Positions 25,301-38,799 of a DNA stretch of 64,000 nt are shown here, one piece after another. A program made the position numbers and the translations under genes. The notes beneath the pieces were generated by a model that ran no database searches, had not been told where the DNA came from, and saw only the letters and a program-made list of their open reading frames with translations. Source of the stretch: Paramecium tetraurelia (Eukaryota); NCBI GenBank assembly GCA_000165425.1, contig CT868540.1, positions 372,001-436,000 on the forward strand, given 5' to 3'. Positions within the stretch are counted from its first letter, which is position 1. Each line of letters starts with the position of its first letter.

Positions 25301-28300
25301 CCTTACCCAACAATTATTATTCTAAACCACCTTGAGTAACAGTAAAGTCAATGATGGTTGTCTTGGCTGATAATTCAGGAGAGAATGTAGGATTGGCTAA
25401 TCTACAAAACATAAACAATTTAAATCCATCATCAAAGTCCATTTATGTACCTCCAACTTCAATATACTTATTTTTCTTGGCTTTGACTTAGATTTACTTT
25501 TCAAGAACTGGATCCAACATAGGATCTACTTCATTCTCGATATTTTCAATAATCAAACATAATCCATCTTACATACATGGTTTTAAGAAGTTATCTTTGA
25601 ATTTAGGATGATTCAATGTAGTAATGCATCTGAAGGGTTCAATTTTGTCAGCGAACTTTTATCTGATCCAGTAATTACCTTGTCCTTATGGATCAATTAA
25701 CAAAGGATATCTGGTTGAATTGGTAACCATGATACCATTTTGAATGGACAATTCATCTTTAGGTAATCCCTATAAGTTCCATTCTCCTACTGTGGCATCA
25801 TCGACTAAAAACTATGTCAGATTCAATCCTGGTGTAACTGGAACACCTCTTCTCTTTTGATCATTTACGAAATAGTCTCCTGCCAATAACTATCTATATT
25901 CTGCATTGAATGGACCACAATAAGAAATAAATGAGGTAGCCAATGAACAATTACCAATTAATTTGCGTTTTTGATCAGCTATTTCTGTGGCTCCTTATCC
26001 CCATCTAGCCTTTTCATCTGAAAGTGATTCAATCAATTATCTAGCTGTAGTAATTCTCTTTTTAGTTTTATTTGATTTTTGTTCCAAAAATGATTTCTCT
26101 TCCATTTACTTGTTGAATGTCTCCTTCAATTTAGCCAAATACTCCTTGATTTCATTCAAATCTCTTTCAGCCTTTGCCAATTCCTTTCTTGCCACTTCAA
26201 GACGACCTTCTTAAATTTACAAATAGACCTTCTTAGGCTTAACGATCTTTGACTTCTCATGATATTCATAAATAGCCTTAACCCACTTCAATAGACCTTA
26301 AGCAGCCTTTGAAGCACTCTAAGCCTTCTCCTCACTAAACCATTCTTATGACATGTATGGTTACAATAATTCAATAGTTTCCTCATTAATACCATCTTTC
26401 TCAAATCCCTTCAACTTGTTTAAGAAGTTCATATCAAAAAGTACTGATTTACCACCTTCATCAAATGAATCTTTCAAGAATTGATAATCAACCTTACTGA
26501 TCTTCACAGTGAATGATTGAACTGGCAATAATTTACCCATGAAATAAACTACAATTGAGTCTATAATGGCTTTCATAATGTCCATCAAAGTCTTCATGGC
26601 CTTCATTTCATCAATATCCTTCTTATCCAAAGAATCGACGGCTTCTTAAGCTCTTATGAGAGCAGGCATAGCAGCAGCCAAATCTTTCTCTGCAGCTTGT
26701 TTCTCACTTGCAATCATCTATGCTTATTTCATACATTAAGCAGTGGTAGCCTCGACTTCATCATTCTTTTAATTGGCCTTTTTGCTTTCTTTCTCCAAAT
26801 CTTCTAATAATTTCTCAGTCTTTTCTGATGCTTCCTTTAATTAAGCCTCTTCTTCTCTTAAAGAAACACCCATCTTTTCTATTTGTTTAGCTGCTTCATT
26901 AATCTTATTCAAACCAATCTTGTATGAATTTTCTTGAAGATCTAATTCAGCATATTTTTTCAAATACAATTCCTTATAAGAATTCAAATAAGAAAGATAA
27001 CTCTTTGGTGTAACATAAACTTGTCTTCTCATCTTTTGGAAGTAAAGTTCACAAACAGAGTTAACCATAATATGTACATTACCCATATGTTTCATCAATT
27101 CTTCCTTGATATCATTAGTTGTATCTAATTCTTTGAAATTCTTGATGAATGTTTCAGCAACACTAACCAAAGCAGCTTCAGGCCATGGCAAGAACCAATC
27201 AATTGTACATTCATTGAACAAAGCTGGGAATTTACGAGATCTGTCTCTGAATTTCTAACCTACTGGTGAGAAGCACAAAATAATATGCAAATTATCTCTT
27301 ATTCTATCAACCAAATAGGCATATAAGTCACTCTAAGGAGGATCAATATTACCCAATTGTTTCTCTTTGACATAATCATTTCTGACATCAGCCAACCAAA
27401 CTTCCTTTTCATCCTTTGCCAATAAACCAGCCACTTCTCCTGTTGATAAGATCATATTGATATATTCTAAGAATTCCTCTTTCTTCACTTCACTATCTGT
27501 CAATATAAATGTAACCTATTTACCAAGATGGCCAGCCCAATCAAACAATTTCTTAATTTCTTCTTTCAAGTCTTTCTCACTGAAATTTTTAGTCAAAATA
27601 ATTTAATAGCATACATTTTTCAAGATATCAGCAGCCAATCTTGTCAAGGATTATTTACCTGAACCACCAACTCCTACCAATAAAGCATTGGATCTTGGTT
27701 ATTTAATTAATCTTGAAATACGCAACAAATGTTTGATAGCATCGTCGAAAAGCACTAGACTCATCTTCTTTGCTGGATATTTATCATTGTAATCTTGTAA
27801 AAGAGTATTGCATCTTAATCTTAATCTGTCAATAGAATTGACTCCCTCATCAAATCTTTTCAGCTTCAACTTCAACTAATCCATCTTCATTCTTTATATC
27901 TTCCTTCAAGAAATCGCACATTAAGAATAACTTCTCCTTGCTGTATTTATCTTAGATTTCACTATCTAAATGGTTATATAGATCCAAAGCAATATCTTTA
28001 ATGTAATTACATACTTGATCCTTATCCTTTTGGTTAGTCATTTTATCTACAAAGACTCTTTCACATTCATGCATCCACAATCCAACTAAAAATACATCTG
28101 ATTTCATTGGTCCAACTTAAGCAGCAGTGTTTATTGTTTCCTTTCTTACTGATAAGATACCCTTGAAGACACGGGATAGATCTCTCATATTGAACACATA
28201 ATGGAATTTGGCTGGTGTTGGTAACATAGTTGCTTTGACTTTATTCCAAATTTAAATGGTTGCACCAGTTAATGTATCAATAGCTCTATTCACATCAGCT

Positions 28301-31300
28301 GAGAAGTATTTAGCCTTGAATTAATGTTTGATGATGGGACCATAAATGCCTTCAACTGAGAGTGGCAAAATCATATTGAAAATGACTGCTTGTCTCTTCA
28401 ATCTGTTAGGGATATCATTTCTACCACCTCCTGGATGTTACATAGCTCCGATGTATGTAAGGTTTTTGATACCTCTGAAGTTACCTCTTTAGGCTTTGTC
28501 TAACATATAGAAACCACCCTAATCGATGAGTTGTCTAACTATTTCCAAGGTGACTTAATCTCCCCACTTATTTACAAAAGGCATAGAAAGATCATCAATG
28601 AATACAGTCATGTTTTTATTTTGAGGAGGAGCAAAATCTTTACCTATTTTGAAATCACATTCAGCTTCAATAGCAGCTTAGAAGTGACTAGGTAGAGTAG
28701 CAGATGAAAAGTTGATTCTCTTGAACAACATCTTTTCTTTGTTGAATTTGTTGGCATACATAAGCACACTTGATGTTTTGGCTGTACCACTACCTCCGAC
28801 TAAGATAACGTAACTGCAACTGACTGGTGGTTATGGTGATGCCTTTGGTTGATTAAGAATGTAGGATAAGATCATTTCGGCTCTAAATGAATCGACAGTA
28901 GGCATGAGTAATTGAGAGAATTAAAATTTATCTGGAGCCTTCCATTCTTCTGGTGATATCAGTTTCCATTCACATGTTCCTCTTTCATCTAAGTAGATGT
29001 AGTAATCGAAGACTGTTTCACCATCCTTAGCTTTGTATGGAATTGGGGCTCCTTTTTAGGCAAAGAATTCATGGAATAAGATTCTATCTTGCACTTCATA
29101 GATACCACCTACTCCCCAAGTCAAAGCAAAGACAACTACTTTCTCATAATCTTATTCAGTCAATGTTTTGTTAGCATTTACCAATGGTCTCAAAATACCA
29201 TTGAGGAGATTTAAGGTTTGATAGACCCTTAATACATAAGAGATATCCATAACTGGATTCTTGCATGTCTTGTCTATTGTTTCTAAGATAAGGTGAGTGT
29301 TAAAGTATTTATTGAGTAGAACATTCAATTTTTCTGATTCATCAACTCTTGCATCTAATTTTCTTTGTAATATCCATCCTTTCCATACTGGTTCATATCC
29401 TAAATCTGTTGGTGAAATATAAACTTATCCACATCTACTGACTGTTGCTGGTGAAGCATTATTCAGATTTTCTACTTCAAACACCAATTTACAATTTTCT
29501 GTCATTGGTATACGCTAACCATTGGCTAGAGTAAGAATCTTATTGTCATCTAACACTGTATTCAAGTTTTCAATCCAAATAGCATCCACTGGACCATCAC
29601 AAGTAATCCAAGTAGTATGTTTATTGTTTCTGCTATTTGATTTCTACCAAATTGTACTGAAAATACCTGGAATCCAATCATCTGAGATTTCACTCTTGAC
29701 ACCATACATTTCTTAGGCTGTAATGGCTTTAGGATTAAGTCTTGTGATTCTGTGAGGAAGTCCCAAATCAGTTAATGAGTCTGTCAATACGGCCATAATA
29801 GTGGTCTTACCACTGCCTGATGGTCCCACTAACATAAAACCATGTCTGACCAAAGCTGTTTCATATAATTAAATGATCTTCAATTGGAATTTATCGTTAT
29901 TGATTAAACCTCCTTTTCTTTAGATGACTTATGGGATCATTTTCTCAACATCTGGATATTCCTTCTTTTTGATATCACTTTATTTAGGGAAGATATCTTG
30001 TAATAATCCATTGAACAAGGCAATATCATCAGCCACCAATTTACTCAAATTCATATCTCTTAAGGATCTCATTAAAAGCATTTCTTCATCAGATTTAAGT
30101 TCTTCTCTTTTGGTATTACCTGCTGTTCTTAACACTGATAAGATATTACGTAATCCGAAATCATAATGTCTTTATTTTGAAAGTTGTTCTTCGCATAAAC
30201 GATATAAAACATTGAATTTTTTGGCTAATGCATCAATTGAGTTATAACCAACAGAAGCCAACTTGACTTTAATAATAATTTCTCTATCTGGAACCATCAT
30301 AGACACTCCTCTAAATAAGGCTTTCAAGTTTTCTGGTAATTCTTATCTACCAGCATATCCTGGATTCATTGTAATGAAGTATCCTACTTATTATTGTAAT
30401 TCAATTGGAGCAACTTCTTCAGGGAACATAAATTCTTTAAGATGTTATTTCTTTGCAGTTGTAATAGCTTCTACTTACATAGCCACGACAGAAAGTACTT
30501 CCAAATCAATTCTATTGAATTCATCGAAACAACCCCATAAACCTGATTAACATAATCCCTTGAAAATCTTAGCCATATCTCTATATCTGTGTTAATCTGA
30601 ACAATTTGTGACAACGACAAAGACTCCCAAAGTTCTACCCAAATCCTTAACGGTTTCAGTTTTACCAGTACCAGCTGGTCCTGCAGGAGCACCACCATAA
30701 TACATAGACATAGCTTAAGCCAATGTAATGTAACATCTATCTGTCAAAGGAGTAATACACAATCTTTCCTTAGATCCCAAGAATTCATAGGCATATCCTT
30801 AATCCCAATCTGTAATTGAAATAACACAAGTGTCTTAATCTTATTTCCAATAAAGACGAGTCTACTTTTACCAATCGAAATCATTAATGTCTTTGCATTT
30901 CAACTCCTGAGCAATATCTCTTTGATGGACATGGATTGTGACCAATGTTTCAACTCTAGTTCTTTCTAAATTGCTTTTGTATCCTTCCAAACACATAGCT
31001 GACAATACAGCCATCATGTCTCTAATTTCTGATCTCTTTGTTTCCATGATATTCTTATTTTCTTATCTTCCAGTCTTTTCTAATGCTTCTGTGATCTTTT
31101 GAGTCCAAATGACTTAAATACCCAACAAGGCAATTTAAGAACAATAAGCCTTACAGAAATCCTTTAATCCCATAGTGAAACAAGCACTGCAAGCTGTTCT
31201 TGTAATATCTCTTAGTGTAGATTGCATTTGTAATTCTAAAGTCTTTAACCAACCTTCAATATTTCCTTCACACTTAACATTTTAATTCAAATCTACAATT

Positions 31301-34300
31301 TCTTCATCTTTTCCTGCACTTTACATAATTTATTGGATCACTAATTCAGTAGATCCTTTCTTCTCTGTGTTCTTTCCAAATGTGACTTTAGTGATGGCAT
31401 CAAACAACTTTTCAAAATCTTCTTGAATACTCTTTGGATCACTTCCTTGAGATAAAATCTTTAATAAATCTTGATTAGCCACAAAGTAAAATCTTGGGAA
31501 CTTCTTTCTTTTACCTTCCAAATAGGCTTCCAACATCTTTTAGCAATCTTCTAATTTCTTTTACAAATCTGGTAAAAAGTCCTTCAACATATCATTTTAA
31601 CAACTGATAATAACCTTTTTGCTTTCAAATGCTTTTTCCATAATTTTCATCCAATTCTTATCAATAGCTGCAAATTACTTAGCTTATAATGGCATTTATC
31701 TAGCAATATCACCACCTGTAAATACTGGTTCCAATGCAGTCCATAACTTCTATACTTTAATCCACATATCCAATGTTTCTGAGACATCTGAGAATTCTCT
31801 GATTTTGATTTCAACTTCAACTTTGAATGGTGCAACATATCTTTATGCATTCAATGAAGATAAGGTCATTTGATCTTCTTCCAAAGTTTCTGTAATCTCT
31901 TACACACTCAAACCATTAAGCATACATGGTACATCTCTTTTTCCCCAAATTGAGAATTTGAATTCTTGTGTAGACCATCTATCCACAATATCTTTCAAAC
32001 TTGTTTCAATCTTAATTTATTTATCTGCTGAATCTGTGATATCTACAATATCGTCTTCATGAGCCAATAATTCACAATTTATGATATCAGAAATAAAGAA
32101 GTTATCAGGATTTTCATAATTCAATTACTTTCCTGTTGTTTCAACAATCTTTTACCAATGTCTTGGCTTGATGGATGGCTTCTTCAATTCCTTGATAATG
32201 GGTAAAATCTTATTTAAATTATCTAATTCTAATTTCAACTCTTTATAGGCCTACCATTCTCTTAAGTCTCTTGGCAATGTACCACATTAGGCTGTATATT
32301 TTGTGAAATTTTCTTCCATCTAATTCAATGATTCAACTGAAACATCAGCCCAAGATTCTTCTTTCCATCTATTGATAGTTTCAATAACTTCTGAAAATAG
32401 GGAATACAATTTCTTTAGGTTTGTTAATTCATCTTAAGTCTTTTTAAGAGCTGGATAGGATTGATTTTATAAACCAAACAAATCTTCACCCTTCTTATTA
32501 ATTTAATAGAACTTCTATTTCACAGAAAATTCATCCTCAAATCTACGCAATCTTTCCATTGCATCTTTTGGTGTGATATTTTCAACCATAGGTCCATTCA
32601 ATTCATAATCCTTACGGAAATCATTAACTTCTTAAATGAATTCCTTAATTGACTTCTTCAATTGCTTGAGATAATTCTTTTATTTCTATTGTAATTCCTT
32701 TCCTTTAATTTCAGCCTAACTAATCAATTGATCCCAATTTCTTCTTAACATAGATCTTTGATCCATTTCATCCTTATCAGAAATACCACCTGGTAAATAG
32801 ATATCCAAAAGAGCATACATGTCTTAAACTGGATTAAATTTCAAATCAATTTCTGCTTGAATCTTACGAATATCTTCTAAACATTCCATAACATATCCTA
32901 AAGAATCAATATCCTTAACTTCCTTGGATAATTTGGTTGAATATTAATTAGTTAAATCTGTCAATTAGTCTAATAATTATCTAGCTCTTTTATGAAGATC
33001 TTAACAATAGAAATTTTTCCAATCTTTTGCATGTACTTTCAATCCACTACATAAATTTCCTGTCTTTAATTCCATGGCACCAATTTTATGAGATGCTTCA
33101 ATTTTATCGATTTCTTCTTCAATTGATGTGAATTTCTTCAAGGCATCTTCATAATCTTACAAAGTTGGGTTCTTCTTACTGAAACTATTAATGTTATCTT
33201 AGATGTTTTCAGTCCACAACCATGAGAACTTCTTGAATGATGATAAGAAATCATGAACTTTGTTTCTTGTTCCTTAAATTGAACCGGTCAATAGCAATAT
33301 GACTTTTACAATTTCCTTATCTTGAGCAATCATCTCATAAAATGAACCTTTGCTTTCCTTCTACTACAAATTCCAACTATAGAGGTCTTTAGAACATCTC
33401 AACACTGCAGTGGCTGCTCTATTAATTGCTTTCTAAATTTCATCCAAACTTGGATTCAATCTTACTTAATTATTGAATAATTGAACATCGACTTCAAAGA
33501 ATGGTTTCAAATTTTAAGTACTTGATTGTCCTGGTCCTTTCTTTCCGCATACTCTGTATTTCATAGCATTGAGTGAATTTTAAGTTGAATTAAGTAATGC
33601 TTAATACAAATACCAGAAGTAATATCTCTTGATTCTGATGGTTTCTGTAGGGTCAGCATAATCAACATGTGGATCTAATTTATATTCTCTAATGACAGAG
33701 AGTAAATCATCAACTGCTCTTTCGACTTCCAAATTCTTACTCATCAAATAATCTGTCTTGGTCTTTATGTATTCTTCTTACAAATTAACAAATTGATCCA
33801 AAGTCAAAGGTTTGCTTTCTTATGGTAAATGTACCAACAATACTTTACTAATGTTTTTTAAATTGTTTTCAATTCTATTTTCAATGATATCATTTATTGT
33901 GATAATCAATTATTCCAATTTATTTAATCCTGCATGAACACTCTATAAATAACTATCAATATTCATTGATGTCCAAGTCAATGTAACCATACCAGGTCTC
34001 AAATTTCAATTCTAAATCTTCAACATGTGGACCAATCAATGTTTTGCAAATTGGCTTTATTTTTGAAATAATTCTTTCATATTCTTTCAGAACATAAAGT
34101 AATTCATTGTAATACATCTTAAATTTATCTTCTTATAAAAGAATGATTCTTGCACTTTCTGGAATTTCAATTCCTTATCTATCTAATACTTTAGCTTCTC
34201 TAATTAATTGCATTATTTCAATATCAAAATTAACATATAATTTTTTGTTTTCATCATGTCTTACAATCAAAGTGGCTTATAATGCAGCCTTACTTCTTTC

Positions 34301-36352
34301 AATTTCATTTGACCAATTCTAATAATACCACATTTCATAGATTGTCAATTATTTACCCAAAGTGTTATATCCACCATAATATTTTTTCAATTCTCCTTAG
34401 TCAATTGCATTTTCAGGGAATTTAGTAATAGGCCCTGTAATTTTTAGAAATAGATGTCTAGCCCAAATGATCTTACCAGCCTCAGGTGGTATATTTCTAA
34501 CAATAGGAGGACTTGATTTCTGATCAGTGAATATACGTTATATCTTGTCTAATTCTGTTGCATAGTTGTGCAATATTGTATTATATTTAGATACCAATGA
34601 ATTTTTCAATTGATCTCTCTTGATTGTTTATTCAAATTTCTTCAATAATTTAAGTGAATATTCAATAGTTCTCAATCTATTGAAATTATTATCAATGAAT
34701 GATTGTAATTACATATCCAAATGGGAGATTTCAACATTGAATTCAACCCAATCTCTATCAAATTTATTACTGTTTGTGTCTAACAAATCATGATTTTTGG
34801 CTTTGAAATCCTTAATGATTTAATTAAATTTAGCAGTCAATTATTCCATACCTTCTAGGTTATGTTTAGCCAAAGCCTAGAATTATTAGATATTTTAGAA
34901 TATGTCAATTAATTTAACCAATCTTCTTACAAAAGTATCAAATTTACCAAATATCTGAGTTTCTGGGAAATCGAATGTTTTACCTTTGGGCATATCAGCC
35001 ACTTTCTCCTTAGTTTCTTTATAACTATCCTTGTATTCTCTATTGAGTTGTATGCATTGTCTAAGAACTTCATTTAATTCAGATGGATCTCTATTCCAAA
35101 TTTCTTAATTCTTTCCTCCATTTAATATTCTCTCTTTGCAGTTCTTAATCATTTGATTAGTAATTTTGACAAACAAGCCAGTCATTTTGTCATTAGTGTT
35201 ATAAAATCTAGCAATAGTATGAATCATCTTAATAGCATTCATAAGTGCTGGTAATGTGTCAATAATTTATTGAGGAGTTCCTTTGTACAATGGATCAAGG
35301 AACTTTTCCAAAGTTGACAAGTACTTCACATTGTCCTTGGCTTCATTTAACTTATCAGTCAACAAAAGATCAAGTCTACTATATTCCATGATAAGTTTAT
35401 TGATGTTCTCTTCTCCTCTATTTGAGGATTTATCATGTTATTTGCTTCTTTGGAGTGTAGTTTTTACAGTCACAAAGTCTTTGCCCTTTAATTATTCAGA
35501 CCAGTTAGTGATTTCTTACATTCTTGTTTTCCAATAATTCAACTCCACTTCTGGACCTGCGTCTGGACTGTCCTTCTTTGGATTTTGATCTTCGGCTAAT
35601 TTATTATTGATGATTGCAATCCATTGGGCAAACTTTCTTTCATAAAATTGGTTTCTCTCTTATTCGTTATTTGAATTAACATATTTTTAAACCTCTTCAG
35701 GATCAAATTTGAATAATTCTTATCCAGGTCTCATTAATTTAACTGCCTCAGATACTTCCTAAGAGAATTTCTTTGTGTGAGTATGGAATTCCTTCAAAGA
35801 TTCTTCGTCACATTGTCCCCACTCCTTCTCATCCATCATGTTTATTATTAATGGATAATACACATTTTCCATCACTGTGTGCAATTGAGAAATTGATGAT
35901 GGTGTAACTTCTCCCCAAATGACTTAGTTATCGTATGTCTCATTTAGATTCACAGCGCTCTTTCCCTCTGGAGTCCTATATAAAATTCATAAAGATTTAA
36001 TTTTTAAATATAAGGATGATGAAAGAATGACAAATGAATATAAATACTTACATTCTTAAAAACCAAATAGCTTTGTCCTTGATTTTTTCTTGATCCCCAA
36101 ATTAAATAAAAAGAGATGGCTCATTTTGATTCTCCTTCATATCATCTGCTTGCTAGTTGTCCTATATCTGGTAGTAAATAATTATCTTTGAAGGACCCGT
36201 TCCTTCTAAGAATTTCTCAAGTTTACCCTTGTCCTTTAAGAGGTCCTACAAAATAATACTGAAATACTCACCTACACCGCTTGTCCATCCTTCAGCCTAA
36301 ATGAGTCAGCTATCGTTTGGAATATCCAACGTGCTCTCTTACTGTTCAACAT
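22399..36352 (-). CDS. Axonemal outer-arm dynein heavy chain, gamma type (Chlamydomonas ODA2 / DNAH5-DNAH8 group), ~4600 aa; two 1-nt frameshifts in this sequence
   Basis: P-loops [24 protein letters not shown] (gamma-type), [45 protein letters not shown]-terminus; introns 36246-36271, 35976-36051, 22513-22538; extra bases at ~34002 and 27851. An upstream start is not excluded. Confidence 0.95.
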
Positions 36353-37835
36353 GTAACTGATATCGAAAAGTAATTAAATAAAATATTAAAAAATCAAATC
36401 CTCAAATACATCAGGTTATAAATATTCTGGAATTTGAGGTATTTAATACATTTTTCATATAAATTATAATGATAACTAAACTAAGTGATTTCTCAATGTA
36501 TATATGCCTCAATTCCATTTCTAAACTCATTCCTACTCACATAATCGTTAAATTTACCCATTTTCTATTTTATTTTAAGCCCTTGACAAGGTTATTGCTT
36601 AAATAAAACACTTTTTACCCATTAATAAATATATTTTGTCAATTTTATCATTTATTTTGTGTTTTCAAATTTAAAAAACATGGGTAATAGAAGGTATATA
36701 TTTCTGTTAAAAATAATACAAAAATCAAAATTATGGTACATTCTCATGCTCAAAGAAAAGGTTTATAATTGAAAATTGTAATTAATTGTATTATCTATGA
36801 TATAATTTTATTAAGTTGAGGACTATTACTCTTTAACTTAAAATTATGGAAATTCAATTTAAATTAGAGGAAACATATTTAAATTACTTGGTTCTTCTAT
36901 TATTACCTAAAGAAGTTGTCAAATTAATTTTTTCATTTTAATGCCACTTTAATTAGGTCATATTTGCAATAGTTTATATATTTAGAAATTTAATTTGAAC
37001 CTATTCCAGCTACAGATTACCATAAAAGGCTTCTAGTTCTTGAGGGAGACAATAAAATTAGATATTTATAGAAAAAATAAATTGCAGAAGGGAATAATTC
37101 TTTTCATTAAAGTTTAAGATTTTAATTTTAATAGTCTGTTTATAAGAAGTTCACATAAAGCTATATATATTAAACATATTTAACTACAATAATTTATAAT
37201 ACTTTTATTAAATTCATATGGTTTATGATATAAATAGGTTCTTAAAACGTATATAAAATAAAATCTTAAATTTTTCTTAAAGAATTTGCAAAAAAATTAT
37301 TTTCATTCTCTCTGTTACTAAGCTTTATTTATACATATTTACATAATCAAAATAATCATTTTTTTTATATTGGAATATTTTGTCTCAAAAATATTGTCAG
37401 GCAATAAATGATATTATTTAATTTAAATACAATTTCACTTTTATTTGAGATTAAGAAATGACTAATTAAAATTTAAAAAATATTTGTTCTTCGGATAAAA
37501 ATTAATATACATAATATGATCAGAAGTGCCATTTTTTCATTTAATTAATAATTTTATTTTGTTCTATAAATTTGTATATTATTATACAATTTTTGATATG
37601 CTCTTTAAAAGTAACTAATAATAGCATTATCATTGTATTATAGGTATGAATTTCATTTTTACAAATAATATTTTGATTAAAGTATTTTATACATAGAATG
37701 ATTGTTTGATAATTGAAATATATGATAACCATTAAGTCTAATTTTTAATGGCTGATTAAACACTTATTGTAAATCTTTGCTCCAATTAACTATTATTCAT
37801 AAACAGTTGTTTAATTCGTCATAGAATTTTAATTA

Positions 37836-38768
37836 ATGGATATTGTACGTTGGGGACTTTATGGAAATATCTACTCAGAGACTTATGAACATTTTTCAGA
37901 TGGTGGACCAAAGTGTTACTAAGATATGACAAACACATTTCGAATCTCCATCTCTACAATATCTGCCATAATTTGCATTCTGGTGATGAGTAAAAATTTG
38001 ATCAGATGAAGAAAAATGCTGGGCCAAAATAAAAGTTTCGTAGGAGTTGACTAGAGCGATGGGAAAGAAACCTAGTATTTTTGAGTATTTGGTTGGATTG
38101 GCATGTTGGGGTACCTTTGCTGTTCAAACTGGATATAAATTGTATACAGGAAGGGGTAAATGTGAAAATAAGACAATAAAATAGGTGTTTTTATGAATAA
38201 TCCATGTCATATAGTGTTATTGATGTAGGGATATGTTTTATTGACGAAGAAGCATAAATTAAGTGCTCTCATTTTTATATGTCAATTGAGGTGGCTATAT
38301 GGAGTATTCGCAGTATAGAATTATATTCTAATCTAAAGGCATTAAAATTTCCAGTTGTAACAGGCTTGGAATTGCCCCTGGAAGTAGAATTCTTTTGGAT
38401 AGAGCATCTTCTTGGAGCTTTTGCAGGTCCATTGGCCTTAACATTAAGTGGAAGGTTCTTCTTTTTTGAATGGAAAACATTCTTTGTTCATTAGATGTTT
38501 GGATGGGACTCTCATGTCCTTTATTAGAGAGTAAGAATTATTTGAAGGTTAGATTTACATGTTACCAATGTCATTAATGACTTGGGCTAATTTAAATTTT
38601 ATGCTTTGCCGACCAGACCATGATCCATTTGTTCCATACATAGGAAATTGGTATTATGTGTTTTCGGAGATCTACTTAAACTTGGTTAGTATAATAGCAG
38701 TGGTAATTGTCTTTACATTAACTTGGGTTTTAAGAAAAATCATAAGATATAAAGAAAAATAAGATTGA
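37836..38768 (+). CDS. TMEM164: TMEM164-family membrane protein (putative lipid acyltransferase)
   Basis: DGGPKC, FMNNPCHIV, EVEFFWIEH and WANLNFMLCRPDHDPF match TMEM164 motifs; TGA 38766-38768. Confidence 0.75.
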
Positions 38769-38799
38769 ATCATATATTATACATTACCCACATAATTAA

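Noticed and set aside
22431..35537. Plus-strand and alternate-frame ORFs overlapping dynein (and PMCA, USP) in the ORF track
   Set aside because: Antisense or out-of-frame shadows of real genes with no independent motifs.
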